From: Alphaproteobacteria bacterium
GTDB lineage: Bacteria > Pseudomonadota > Alphaproteobacteria > UBA828
Direction of reading: 5' to 3'
Assembly (NCBI GenBank): GCA_965221125.1
Contig: CBDCRW010000007.1
Span: 800,001 to 864,000, forward strand
DNA length: 64,000 bases
This document shows positions 29,831 to 39,198 of this stretch, in pieces; position 1 is the stretch's first letter; the number at the start of each line of letters is the position of its first letter. Under the pieces are notes generated by a model. The model was given only the letters and a program-made list of their open reading frames with translations, had not been told where the DNA came from and did no database searches. Position numbers and translations under genes: made by a program.

Positions 29831-31207
29831 TCAGAAGAATTCCAGACTCACTGCGAACATCTGCTCGATCTTCTTCACCGCGCGCGCCGTCGCCAGCATG
29901 ACGACCCGGTCATGCTCCTGAATCACCGTTTGCGGGCGCGGAATGATGACGTCCTGATCCCGGACGATCGCGCCGACGATAATTCCGGTGGGCAGCTTTG
30001 TTTCGACGAGCGGCTGGCCGACGATCGGCGAGGTCCCCAGAGCCTCGGCCTCGATGATTTCGGCGGCGCCGTCACGGATCGAATGGACCGCCAGAATGCG
30101 CCCCCGGCGAATGCGCTGCAGGATCGTCGAGACCGTCGACTCTCGCGGGCTTACGGCGACGTCGACGCCGAGGCTCCCCATCAGCGGCCCGTAACTGGAA
30201 TTGTTGACGAGGGAGATGGCGGTCCGGCAACCGGCACGCTTGGCCAGAAGTGCCGCCAGGATGTTCACTTCGTCGTCGTTGGAGACGGCGATCACCGCTT
30301 GCGCAAGCCCGATATTGATCTCGATGAAAATCTCGGGGTCCAGCGCGTCGCCGCCGATCACGGTGAAGCGCGACAGCCGTTCGGCCAGATAGCGCGCGCG
30401 GTCCGGGCGCAACTCGACGACCTTCACGTCGAGTCCGGGATGGCTCTCCTCGAGCTCCTGCGTCAGGAAGTAGCCGATATTGCCGCCCCCGATGATGACC
30501 ACCCGGCGGGCCTCGGGCTCCTCGTGCCCGAAGACCGACATGCCGCGCGCGACATGCTCGGAGTCGACGGCGAAATAGACCTCGTCTCCTATCAACATCT
30601 GATCGTCGCCGCTCGGCACGATCAGCCGGGAATCCCGGCTGATCGCCATCACCATGATGTTGAGATCGGGAAACAGCTCGGTGAGCTGGCGGAGCGGCGT
30701 GTTGATGATCGGGCAGCCTTCCTCGCAACGCACGGCGATAACCCGCACACGCCCGCCGCTGAACGGCAGCATGTCGAGGGCGCCGGGCACCTGAAGCCGG
30801 CGCTCGATGGCGCGGGCGACCTCGACCTCGGGCGAGATGATCAGGTCGATCGGCATGTGGTCCCGGCTGAAGAGATCGGCCCAGGCCGGGTTCAGGTAGC
30901 TCTGGTGGCGCACCCGCGCGATCTTTTCCGGCACGTCGAACAGCGAGTGCGCGACCTGGCACGCCACCATGTTGACTTCGTCGGAGTGGGTAACGGCGAC
31001 GATCATCTCGGCGTTCTTGGCATCCGCCTCCTCGAGCACGTCGGGGAGCGACGCGTTGCCGACGATCGCCCGCGCATCCACCGAGTCGGCGAACCGCTGC
31101 ACCACCGCCCGGTCGCTATCGATCACGGTCACGTCGTTCGCCTCGTTGGCGAGCTGACGGGCGATGCTGGCGCCGACCTGCCCGGCACCGCACACGATGA
31201 TCTTCAT
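29831..31207 (-). CDS. trkA: Trk potassium uptake protein TrkA
   Basis: 458 aa; MKIIVCGAGQVG, SDEVNMVACQ, ISPE, IIGGGNIG. Confidence 0.95.
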   Translation of the reverse strand: MKIIVCGAGQVGASIARQLANEANDVTVIDSDRAVVQRFADSVDARAIVGNASLPDVLEEADAKNAEMIVAVTHSDEVNMVACQVAHSLFDVPEKIARVRHQSYLNPAWADLFSRDHMPIDLIISPEVEVARAIERRLQVPGALDMLPFSGGRVRVIAVRCEEGCPIINTPLRQLTELFPDLNIMVMAISRDSRLIVPSGDDQMLIGDEVYFAVDSEHVARGMSVFGHEEPEARRVVIIGGGNIGYFLTQELEESHPGLDVKVVELRPDRARYLAERLSRFTVIGGDALDPEIFIEINIGLAQAVIAVSNDDEVNILAALLAKRAGCRTAISLVNNSSYGPLMGSLGVDVAVSPRESTVSTILQRIRRGRILAVHSIRDGAAEIIEAEALGTSPIVGQPLVETKLPTGIIVGAIVRDQDVIIPRPQTVIQEHDRVVMLATARAVKKIEQMFAVSLEFF

Positions 31208-32667
31208 GGGCCGTTCAGCTTGTCGGAGTTGCCGCTTCTCCCGTCGGTCTCGGCGTCTCCATCCGCCGTCTGCTCGCCCTGCTCACGCTCGAGCATCCCG
31301 AGCGAACGCAGCTTGCGATGGAGCGCCGAGCGCTCCATGCCGACGAACTGGGCGGTGCGCGAGATGTTACCGCCAAAACGGTCGACCTGCGCGTTGAGAT
31401 AATCCCGCTCGAACAATCGGCGCGCTTCGCGCAACGGCATCGCCATGACATCGGCGGGACCGGGAACCGCCTGCGGCTGTCCCGGCGACGGCCCGAGTGC
31501 CGATTGGATCATGTCTGCACCAATTCGGCGGTTGGCGGAGGTCGGCGTCATGATCAGCAGCCACTCCACGAAGTTGCGGAGCTGGCGCACGTTGCCGGGC
31601 CAGTCGAAGGACTGAAGCATCGTCATCCCGTCGCCGGTGATCTCGTGCGGGGGCAGGCCTGCGCTCTCCGCCGCTTGTTGAATGAAGAAGCGCGCCAGCT
31701 CGGGGATGTCTTCGCGCCGCTCCCGCAGCGAGGGCACTTCGATCGGCGTGACCTGCAAACGGTAATACAGGTCTTCGCGAAATCGACCCTGCGCTATTTC
31801 CGTCGCCATGTCGCGCGTGGTCGCCGCCATGACGCGGATGTCGACTTCGATCTGCTGCGTGCCGCCTTCGCGCTCGAACGTGTGGGCCTGGAGCGCGCGC
31901 GCAATCTTGCCCTGAGTCTCGAACGGCATGTCGGCTATTTCGTCGAAGAAGAGCGTGCCGCCATGCGCACGTTCGAAGGTCCCGATCTTGCGTGAGCGGG
32001 TACCGCCCGACCCGTCGCCTTCGCTGCCGAAGAGTTCCAACTCCACATGATCGGGCCGCATCATCGCGGCGTTGGTTACGATGAACGGCCCTGCGGATCG
32101 TCTCGATTGGCTGTGGATGAGGCGCGCGACGACCTCCTTCCCCGCCCCCGCAGGGCCGGTGATGAAAACGCGCCTGTCGGTCGGCGCGGCACGCTCCGCA
32201 GCCAGCCGAATTTGCTTGATCGCCGACGAACTCCCGATCAGCTCTCTCGCTTCGCCGGCCCGCAGCTTCAGCTCGGCAATCTCGCGCCGCAGCTCGGCGG
32301 CTTCGAGCGCGCGGGTCACGGAGAGCAGCAGTCGATCGGTGTCCAGCGGCTTTTCGATGAACTCGTAGGCGCCCTTCTTGATGGCGGCGACGGCGGTGTC
32401 GATCGTTCCGTGCCCGCTGATCATGATGATGGGCACTTCGGGGTGACGGTGCATCACCGCTTCCAGCACGTCCATGCCGTCGAGATCGCTGCCCTCCAGC
32501 CAGACGTCGAGAATGATCAGCGCCGGTGGCGGGCCGGAGTCGATCGCTTCGATTGCGGACGCGCCATCGGCCGCATCGCGCGGCAAATAGCCGCCGTCTT
32601 CGAGGATTCCGGCAATCGTCTTTCGGATCAGGGGCTCGTCGTCGACGATGAGGATATCGCGGGCCAT
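31204..32667 (-). CDS. ntrX: Response regulator NtrX (REC-AAA+-HTH)
   Basis: ILIVDDE, LDVWL, MISGHG, GAGKE, FREDLYYRL, WPGNVRQL, GMERSALHRKL; lacks GAFTGA, as is typical of NtrX. Confidence 0.93.
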   Translation of the reverse strand: MARDILIVDDEPLIRKTIAGILEDGGYLPRDAADGASAIEAIDSGPPPALIILDVWLEGSDLDGMDVLEAVMHRHPEVPIIMISGHGTIDTAVAAIKKGAYEFIEKPLDTDRLLLSVTRALEAAELRREIAELKLRAGEARELIGSSSAIKQIRLAAERAAPTDRRVFITGPAGAGKEVVARLIHSQSRRSAGPFIVTNAAMMRPDHVELELFGSEGDGSGGTRSRKIGTFERAHGGTLFFDEIADMPFETQGKIARALQAHTFEREGGTQQIEVDIRVMAATTRDMATEIAQGRFREDLYYRLQVTPIEVPSLRERREDIPELARFFIQQAAESAGLPPHEITGDGMTMLQSFDWPGNVRQLRNFVEWLLIMTPTSANRRIGADMIQSALGPSPGQPQAVPGPADVMAMPLREARRLFERDYLNAQVDRFGGNISRTAQFVGMERSALHRKLRSLGMLEREQGEQTADGDAETDGRSGNSDKLNGP

Positions 32668-34931
32668 CAGCTCTCACCATCCGCTGTCGTCGCGCGTTCC
32701 GTTCCGGGCGCAGCGAAGACAAGCGCGATCAGGGCGCCGCCTTCGGTCCCGTTGTCGATGACCAGACGGCCGCCGTGATCTTCCATGATCCTTCGCACGA
32801 TGGCGAGGCCAAGGCCCGTACCGTCCGCACGGTTCGTGACATAGGGTTCCGCCAACCTGTCGCGCAAGGCGTCGGGCAGGCCCGGCCCGTTGTCCTCGAC
32901 CTCGATCCGCCACTGGCCGTCGTCGTCTCGAATTCGGATAGCGATGCGCCCCGCCGGCCTGTCGTCCGCAGCCTGGCTCTCGATGGCTTCGATGGCGTTC
33001 TTGAGCACGTTGGTGAGCGCCCGGCCGATCTGTCGGGGGTCGCAGTCGAGATGAACGTCATCATCGGGGCGCTCGATGTCGAAGGTTATTTCGGGGCTCG
33101 CCAGCCGGTGCAGGACAACTGCCCGCTCGACGACCTCGATCAGATCGGCCCTCTCCAGCACGGGTGCAGGCATCCGCGCGAACGAAGAGAACGCGTCGAT
33201 CATCTGGCGAATGTCGCCCACCTGACGAACGATGATATCGGTACAGTCCTCGAACACGTCGGGTTGTGTGCTGATCTCGCTCAAGTACTTGCGCTTGAGC
33301 CGCTGAGCGGAGAGCTGGATCGGCGTCAAGGGGTTCTTGATCTCGTGGGCGATGCGTTGGGCGACGTCCGCCCATGCGGCCCGCCGCTGGGCCGATACCA
33401 GCGCGGTGATGTCGTCGAACGTCACGACGAAGCCATCAATCCTCTGGTCGTCGCGCTCGGTCACGATGCGGACCAGCAGGGTGCGGCGATTCTCGCCACG
33501 AACAAGCTCGACCTGATCCGCAACCAGGGGTTGCGACCGTGCGCGGGCGAGAGCCAGCAGCTCGGCCATCTCGGGGATCGCATCCTCCAGCGCACGCCCC
33601 GTGAGGTCGTCCATGCTCGCATCGAGCAGCGCGAGCGCCGAGGGATTGGGCAGCGTGATCCGCCCGTTCGCATCCAGCCCGATGACTCCGGCGGAGACGC
33701 CCGCCAGCACCGCCTCGGTGAAGCGCCGCCGCTCGTCGAGCTCCAGGTTGGCTCCCTGCAAGGCCTGCTGCTGACTGTGGATCTGGCCGGTCATGCGATT
33801 GAAGGCCCGGCTGAGCGAGCCGATCTCGTCGTCCTGGGGAGGCTCGGCGACTCGCGCCGCAAGCTCGCCCGCGCGAACGCGCTCGGCAGCGGCGATGAGC
33901 CCTCCGATCGGGTGAGCGATACGGTTGGCGAACTGGAGTCCCAGCCATACGGCGGAAAGCAAGACCAGGAGAGCGATCAATATGAAGATGATGACGAAGG
34001 TGATCTGGATGCCGTATCGCTCGTCCTCCAGGCGCTGATAGTCCCGGATCACCGCCTGAATCTGTCGCGTGTGATCGACCACCTCGGGTTGAAGGGGCCG
34101 CGCCACGTAGAGGTAGAGGTCGAAGAAGTTGGCGAGCTTGACCAGCCCGCGCATACGGTCGCCGGCGCCGGGCAGGATCACGAGCTTTCCCTCTTCCGCA
34201 GAGTTGATGGCCCAGTCGGGAATGGGCTCGATCTCCGCGGCGAACCCCAGATTGTTTCGCGCGACGATGTCTCCGTTGCGGCGAAACATGATCGCCTCGG
34301 TCAGCGAAAGCGCGGCTGCGGTGTCGGTGAGCAGTCTTGGCATGAGATGCGGCGAGCGCGTGAGTTGCTCAGCCCGGTTGTTGAGCTCCATGGCCGTTGC
34401 CAGGGTGCTGATGTGAAGATTGTTTGCCTGCTCCTGCACGTACGTTTCGGCGACCGCTTGCGAGCGGTGAATCGCGCTGGAGACCTTCTCGCTGAACCAG
34501 GACTGCATCCCGAAATGGAGAAAGAGCGCCGAAAACACGGCAACCACGATCGTCGGGGTCAAGGCGACGAGACTGAAGAGCGTCGCCATCCGTATGTGCA
34601 GCCGTGCTCCAGCCGCGCCCCGGCGGCGTTCGATCCAGAGCTTGACCAGCTGCGACGCCACCAGCGCGCCGAGCAGGAGCAGCAGCACGAGGTCGACGTT
34701 GAGCAGGATCAGGATGGTCTGGGGATCGGGGGCGAACGGCGCCGAGCCGCTCATGGTGGCGTAGGTGATCGCGCCGCAGGTCAACGCCGCGCAGGCAAGC
34801 CCGATGGCGAGCCAGCGCGGCAGATCCCGGCGTCGAGACCACGCCATGAAGCGCTGGCGCAGGGCGCCTTCCCCCGATCGGGGAGCGCCGCTGTCGGCAG
34901 CCTGCGTTCCGATCAGCGCTTCGTCAGCCAT
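32667..34931 (-). CDS. ntrY: Sensor histidine kinase NtrY
   Basis: TM-HAMP-PAS-kinase architecture; AWADVAQRIAHEIKNPLTPIQLSA, DNGPG, GTGLGLAIV. Confidence 0.94.
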   Translation of the reverse strand: MADEALIGTQAADSGAPRSGEGALRQRFMAWSRRRDLPRWLAIGLACAALTCGAITYATMSGSAPFAPDPQTILILLNVDLVLLLLLGALVASQLVKLWIERRRGAAGARLHIRMATLFSLVALTPTIVVAVFSALFLHFGMQSWFSEKVSSAIHRSQAVAETYVQEQANNLHISTLATAMELNNRAEQLTRSPHLMPRLLTDTAAALSLTEAIMFRRNGDIVARNNLGFAAEIEPIPDWAINSAEEGKLVILPGAGDRMRGLVKLANFFDLYLYVARPLQPEVVDHTRQIQAVIRDYQRLEDERYGIQITFVIIFILIALLVLLSAVWLGLQFANRIAHPIGGLIAAAERVRAGELAARVAEPPQDDEIGSLSRAFNRMTGQIHSQQQALQGANLELDERRRFTEAVLAGVSAGVIGLDANGRITLPNPSALALLDASMDDLTGRALEDAIPEMAELLALARARSQPLVADQVELVRGENRRTLLVRIVTERDDQRIDGFVVTFDDITALVSAQRRAAWADVAQRIAHEIKNPLTPIQLSAQRLKRKYLSEISTQPDVFEDCTDIIVRQVGDIRQMIDAFSSFARMPAPVLERADLIEVVERAVVLHRLASPEITFDIERPDDDVHLDCDPRQIGRALTNVLKNAIEAIESQAADDRPAGRIAIRIRDDDGQWRIEVEDNGPGLPDALRDRLAEPYVTNRADGTGLGLAIVRRIMEDHGGRLVIDNGTEGGALIALVFAAPGTERATTADGES

Positions 34932-34971
34932 TGCCGCTCACCGCATCGCCCTGCCCAAGCCATGAGCAGGC

Positions 34972-35328
34972 TCAGCCTGCCGCCTCGCCGCCCGGCGGGC
35001 CGTAGAACACGACCCAGACGTACAGGTCGTCGCTGAAGTTCTCGAAGGCATGTTCGACGCCGGCCGCGACGAACAGCACGTCGCCGGGTTGGAAGGGGTG
35101 GCTCGCGGCGCCGTTGCGAAAGTCTCCGCGGCCGCTCATGACCACATACACCTCGTCCTGGTCGTGGGGCTGCTGCGGGTCGGTGCCGCGCGGCGCGTAG
35201 AGGCCGACCTGGAGCGTTCCGCGGTCGATCATCCGGGCGTACGGCCTGCCGCCCGAACCCCCGGCCAGAGCCGTCACGGCCTGGGCCAGGGTCACGTGGC
35301 CGGGCACGTCGGTCGAACCATCGGTCAT
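34972..35328 (-). CDS. Cupin domain protein
   Basis: DPQQPHDQDEVYVV...GDVLFVAAGVEHAF; start ATG 35328. Confidence 0.85.
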   Translation of the reverse strand: MTDGSTDVPGHVTLAQAVTALAGGSGGRPYARMIDRGTLQVGLYAPRGTDPQQPHDQDEVYVVMSGRGDFRNGAASHPFQPGDVLFVAAGVEHAFENFSDDLYVWVVFYGPPGGEAAG

Positions 35329-35374
35329 GCGGACTTCGTCCTCTCCATGCGATCCGCGCAGGCGAGGCGGGCGC

Positions 35375-35782
35375 TCAGCCGGAGTCGTCCCAGACCCAGG
35401 CGATCTGCTCGGTATCCTCGTACGCCTGCCAGTGGGCGATCGCACCGTTCGAGACGCGGAAGTACCAGGCCGTCTCCTGGTGGAGCAGGCGGCCGGTATT
35501 CTTGGCGGCGGACGTCTCGTCGATCAATACCATCACGTGCTCGCCCTCGCCGAACATGAGGTTCACCGTGTGGTCGCGAATGTCGAGCAGCGCCCCGATC
35601 GCGCCGAAACATTGCTTGATCGGCTCCCGCCCCTGCCAGCGCCCCGCCCACGCCACCTTGAACGAGCCCGGCAGGACGACCACCGCGTCGTCGGCCAGCA
35701 AGCTCATCATTGTCTGGCCGTCGCCGCCCTTGATGGCGGCCAGGAATTGCCGGACGACCTCCTTGGAATCGTTGCCTGCCAT
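35375..35782 (-). CDS. SnoaL/NTF2-like protein
   Basis: SKEVVRQFLAAI..GD...LLADDA...GRWQGR, C-terminal YEDT. Confidence 0.8.
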   Translation of the reverse strand: MAGNDSKEVVRQFLAAIKGGDGQTMMSLLADDAVVVLPGSFKVAWAGRWQGREPIKQCFGAIGALLDIRDHTVNLMFGEGEHVMVLIDETSAAKNTGRLLHQETAWYFRVSNGAIAHWQAYEDTEQIAWVWDDSG

Positions 35783-35824
35783 TGTCGCCTGCCCTCACCG
35801 GCCATATGGTTACGCCCACTCATA

Positions 35825-35852
35825 TTGCACCCCTGCCCCGGTGCTGTATACA
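35825..35852 (+). promoter_or_regulatory. Possible sigma70-type promoter for the amidase operon
   Basis: TTGCAC-N16-TATACA in the divergent intergenic region; the TGTATACA palindrome overlaps the -10. Confidence 0.3.
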
Positions 35853-35890
35853 GGGCCGTCCGCCGAAGCCGCGCCGCCAGGATGCCCCGA

Positions 35891-36091
35891 ATGGCCAGAA
35901 TTTCCAGCGATCTGATCGCCGCGCAGGCCGCGGCCGGGGGCTACCGCCCGCCCAGCGACGAGCGCGCGGAAGCCCTCGCCGAGGCGGTCGGGCTGTTGGT
36001 GCAGGCGGCCGACGAGGCGGCGGCGGAGCTGCCCTTCGAGGCCGAGCCGGCGCAGGTTCTGATCGCCATGGACGACACCGCGGCACGCTGA
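35891..36091 (+). CDS. Small hypothetical protein, possible amidase accessory subunit
   Basis: 66-aa Ala-rich ORF containing LPFEAEPA near its C-terminus; its stop is 1 nt before the amidase ATG. Confidence 0.55.
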   Translation: MARISSDLIAAQAAAGGYRPPSDERAEALAEAVGLLVQAADEAAAELPFEAEPAQVLIAMDDTAAR

Positions 36092-36092
36092 C

Positions 36093-37505
36093 ATGAGCGA
36101 CGATATCCACCTGATGAGCCTGGTGGAACTTGCCGACGCAATCGCCGCGCGGCAGCTCTCCGCCGTCGAGGTGGCGAGCGCCACCATCGCCCGGGCCGAG
36201 CGCCTCCAGCCTGTGCTCAACTGCTTCATCTCCCTCCAGGCGGAGGCGGCGCTGGAGAGCGCGGCGGCCGCCGACGCGGCGCTCGCACGGGGCGAGGCGC
36301 CGGGCCCGCTGCACGGCGTGCCGCTCGCCCACAAGGACATGTTCTACCGCACCGGCCACGTCACCACCTGCGGCTCGCGCATCCGCAGGGACTTCGTGCC
36401 GGACCACGACAGCACCGCCCTCGCCCGCCTCGACCGGGCGGGCGCGATCTATCTCGGCGGCCTCAACATGGCGGAGTTCGCCACCGGCCCCACCGGCCAC
36501 AACGAGCACTGGGGCGATTGCCGCAACCCGTGGAACCAGGCGCACATCTCCGGCGGCTCGTCGAGCGGCTCCGGCGCGTCGGTCGGCGGGCGCGTGGTGT
36601 ACGGCGCGCTCGGCTCCGATACCGGCGGCTCGGTCCGCCTGCCTTCGGCCTGCTGCGGCGTGGTCGGGCTCAAGCCGACCAACGGCCTCGTCAGCCGCCA
36701 CGGGCTCATGCCCCTCTCCTACACGCTGGATACCGTGGGGCCGCTCGTCCGGACCGTCCGCGACGCCGCGCGGATCACGGGCGTGATCGCCGGGCATGAC
36801 CCGCTCGATCCAACCTCAAGCCAGCGGCCCGTACCCGACTACGAGGCGGCGCTGGCCGAGGGCGTCACCGGCCTCAGGATCGGCGTGCCGACGGACTATT
36901 TCTATGACATCGCCACCGACGAGGTGCGCGCCCTGATGGAGCGGAGCCTCGACGTCTTCCGCGCCGCCGGCGCCGAGGTCGTCGAGGTGTCGGTGCCCGA
37001 CATCGCGCGCATCAATCACCTCTCCAACGTCGTCCTCTCGAGCGAGGCGGCCGCGATTCACGAGCCCTGGATCGCCGGCCGGCCCGACGACTACCAGGAG
37101 CAGGTCCGCAACCGCTACGAGCCCGGCCTCCACGTGCCGGCGGTGAAATACATCCAGGCCCTTTCCGCCCGCGCCGGGCTGCTGCGGGAATTCGTGGATA
37201 CCGCGCTCGCAGGCGTTGACGCGCTGCACACGCCCGGCATTCCCTTCCCGATACCGACGCGGGACGAGACGAACGTCGGCGGGGGCGAGCGCATGGCCCA
37301 GATGGTCGCCGGCCTGAGCTGGTGCACCCGCGCCGCCAACTACCTCGGCGGCCCCGCGCTGATCGTGCCCTGCGGCTTTACAGAGAGCGGCCTTCCCGCC
37401 GCCTTCCAGCTCATGGGCCGCCCCTTCTCGGAGGCGACGCTTTTCCGCCTCGGTCACGCCTATCAGGACGCGACCGACTGGCACACGCGGGCGCCCAGCC
37501 TATAA
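36093..37505 (+). CDS. Amidase signature family enzyme
   Basis: [31 protein letters not shown] (Ser-cisSer-Lys triad). Confidence 0.93.
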   Translation: MSDDIHLMSLVELADAIAARQLSAVEVASATIARAERLQPVLNCFISLQAEAALESAAAADAALARGEAPGPLHGVPLAHKDMFYRTGHVTTCGSRIRRDFVPDHDSTALARLDRAGAIYLGGLNMAEFATGPTGHNEHWGDCRNPWNQAHISGGSSSGSGASVGGRVVYGALGSDTGGSVRLPSACCGVVGLKPTNGLVSRHGLMPLSYTLDTVGPLVRTVRDAARITGVIAGHDPLDPTSSQRPVPDYEAALAEGVTGLRIGVPTDYFYDIATDEVRALMERSLDVFRAAGAEVVEVSVPDIARINHLSNVVLSSEAAAIHEPWIAGRPDDYQEQVRNRYEPGLHVPAVKYIQALSARAGLLREFVDTALAGVDALHTPGIPFPIPTRDETNVGGGERMAQMVAGLSWCTRAANYLGGPALIVPCGFTESGLPAAFQLMGRPFSEATLFRLGHAYQDATDWHTRAPSL

Positions 37506-37585
37506 TCCTGCGCGGGCCTCGCCATGAGCGAGCGTCGGCGGCATGGACCCCTGAAACACGAGTGATGGAGGCGTGAGCGATACCG

Positions 37586-37972
37586 ATGACGGCGCACGGC
37601 ACATTCTTCTGGAACGAGCTGATGACCTGGAGCGTCGACAAGGCCAAGGCCTTCTATGGCGATACCCTGGGCTGGCACTACGAGTCGCACCCGATGGCGG
37701 ACGGCGGCACCTACACGCTCTGCAAGGCCGGCGACGCCATGGCCGCGGGCATCTTCGAGATGAAGCCGGGCACCGGCTTCGACGGCGTCCCGGACCACTG
37801 GTTCTCCTACATCACCGTCGACGACATCGACGCCCGGCTCGCAGGCGTCGCGGCGGCTGGCGGCGAGATCTGCCGCCCGGCCTTCGACGTGCCCGATGTC
37901 GGCCGCTTCGCCGTGGTCAAGGACAGTGGCGGCGCCGTCATCGGCTGGGTCACGCCGATCCAGCGGGACTGA
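37586..37972 (+). CDS. VOC/glyoxalase family protein
   Basis: FFWNELMT...AKAFYG..LGW, WFSYITVDDID, DVPDVGRFAVVKD. Confidence 0.88.
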   Translation: MTAHGTFFWNELMTWSVDKAKAFYGDTLGWHYESHPMADGGTYTLCKAGDAMAAGIFEMKPGTGFDGVPDHWFSYITVDDIDARLAGVAAAGGEICRPAFDVPDVGRFAVVKDSGGAVIGWVTPIQRD

Positions 37973-37990
37973 CGCCCGGGGAGGGACGCG

Positions 37991-39160
37991 ATCTACGACG
38001 CGATCGTCGTCGGCGCCCGCTGCGCCGGCGCGCCCACGGCCATGCTGCTGGCCCGCAAGGGCTACCGCGTCTTGCTGCTCGACCGCGACCGCTTCCCCAG
38101 CGACATGGGGCAGTCGACGCACCTGATCCATCCGCTCGGCGTCGCCCACTTGCGCGACTGGGGAGTCCTGCCGCAGATCGCCGCCCGCGCGGCGCCCTTC
38201 ACCGACTGGCGCGTCGACCTGCACGGCACCGTGCTGCACGGCGCGCCGCCTGCGGTGAACGGCTGCGACGAGTCTCGCGGCCCCCGCCGCACTCTTCTCG
38301 ACGGCGTGCTTGCCGACGCGGCGGTCGCCGACGGCGCAGAGTTCCGCGACGGCGTGCCCGTCGTCGATCTGTTCGAGGATGACGGCAGGATTGCCGGCGT
38401 CGTGATCGCCGGAGCGGGTGGAAGCCGGCAGGTGGAGCGGGCCCGTCTCGTCATCGGCGCGGACGGGCCGAACTCGGTGGTCGCCCGCCGCGCCGGCGCC
38501 CGAGAATCCCTGTGCGAGCCCATCGTGCAGAGCAACATCTGGAGCTATTGGGAGGGCATCGCGCTCGACCATGTCAGGCTCTACATCCGCGAGCGCAAGG
38601 GCGCCTTCGCCTTCCCCGCGAGCGACGGCACCGTGCTGGTCGCCGCCAACCTGATGCACGACGAGTTCGTGGCCGCCCGGCGCGACCGGGAGGCGGCCTT
38701 TCACGCCAGGGTCGAAGACGTGGCGCCCGACCTGCGCGCCATGCTGCCGGGCGCCAGGCGGATCGAGGATTTTCATGGCGGCTGCACGCGGGCCTTCGTG
38801 CGCGAGGCGGCCGGCCCAGGCTGGGCGCTGGTGGGCGATGCGGGCATGAAGAAGGACCCAGTGACCGCGCAGGGCATCTCGACCGCCTTCCGCTGCGCCG
38901 AGATGCTGGCCGAAGCCGCGGACGATGGGCTGAGCGGCCGGCGCCCGCTCGACGAGGCGCTTTCCGCATATGGGGAGGAACGCGACGACTGGCTGCTGCC
39001 CTACTACCGCTTCACGGCCCAGCTCGCCCGCTTCGCCAGGCCGACCGAGACTTTGGCGGCGTACTACCGGAGGATCCAGGACGATCCGGCCGAGACTGCC
39101 CGCCTCTTCGGCGCCGTCGCCCTCACCCACTCGCCCGAGGACGTGCTTCCGCCGGCCTGA
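37991..39160 (+). CDS. FAD-dependent oxidoreductase (geranylgeranyl reductase-like); apparent start is ATC
   Basis: Rossmann motif YDAIVVGARCAG lies upstream of the first ATG (38042); IGADG and LVGDAG..KDP.TAQG. GGAGG at 37980-37984 precedes in-frame ATC 37991. Confidence 0.8.
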   Translation: MYDAIVVGARCAGAPTAMLLARKGYRVLLLDRDRFPSDMGQSTHLIHPLGVAHLRDWGVLPQIAARAAPFTDWRVDLHGTVLHGAPPAVNGCDESRGPRRTLLDGVLADAAVADGAEFRDGVPVVDLFEDDGRIAGVVIAGAGGSRQVERARLVIGADGPNSVVARRAGARESLCEPIVQSNIWSYWEGIALDHVRLYIRERKGAFAFPASDGTVLVAANLMHDEFVAARRDREAAFHARVEDVAPDLRAMLPGARRIEDFHGGCTRAFVREAAGPGWALVGDAGMKKDPVTAQGISTAFRCAEMLAEAADDGLSGRRPLDEALSAYGEERDDWLLPYYRFTAQLARFARPTETLAAYYRRIQDDPAETARLFGAVALTHSPEDVLPPA

Positions 39161-39198
39161 ACGGTCGCGCGGCTCCCTGCAATTGTGGCTGGAGCGGT

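Noticed and set aside
37970-38010. Selenocysteine recoding of the in-frame TGA (hairpin ACGACG-CGAT-CGTCGT at 37995-38010)
   Set aside because: The TGA falls at the natural end of the VOC domain, not at a catalytic Cys position, and the SD plus ATC explains the layout more simply.
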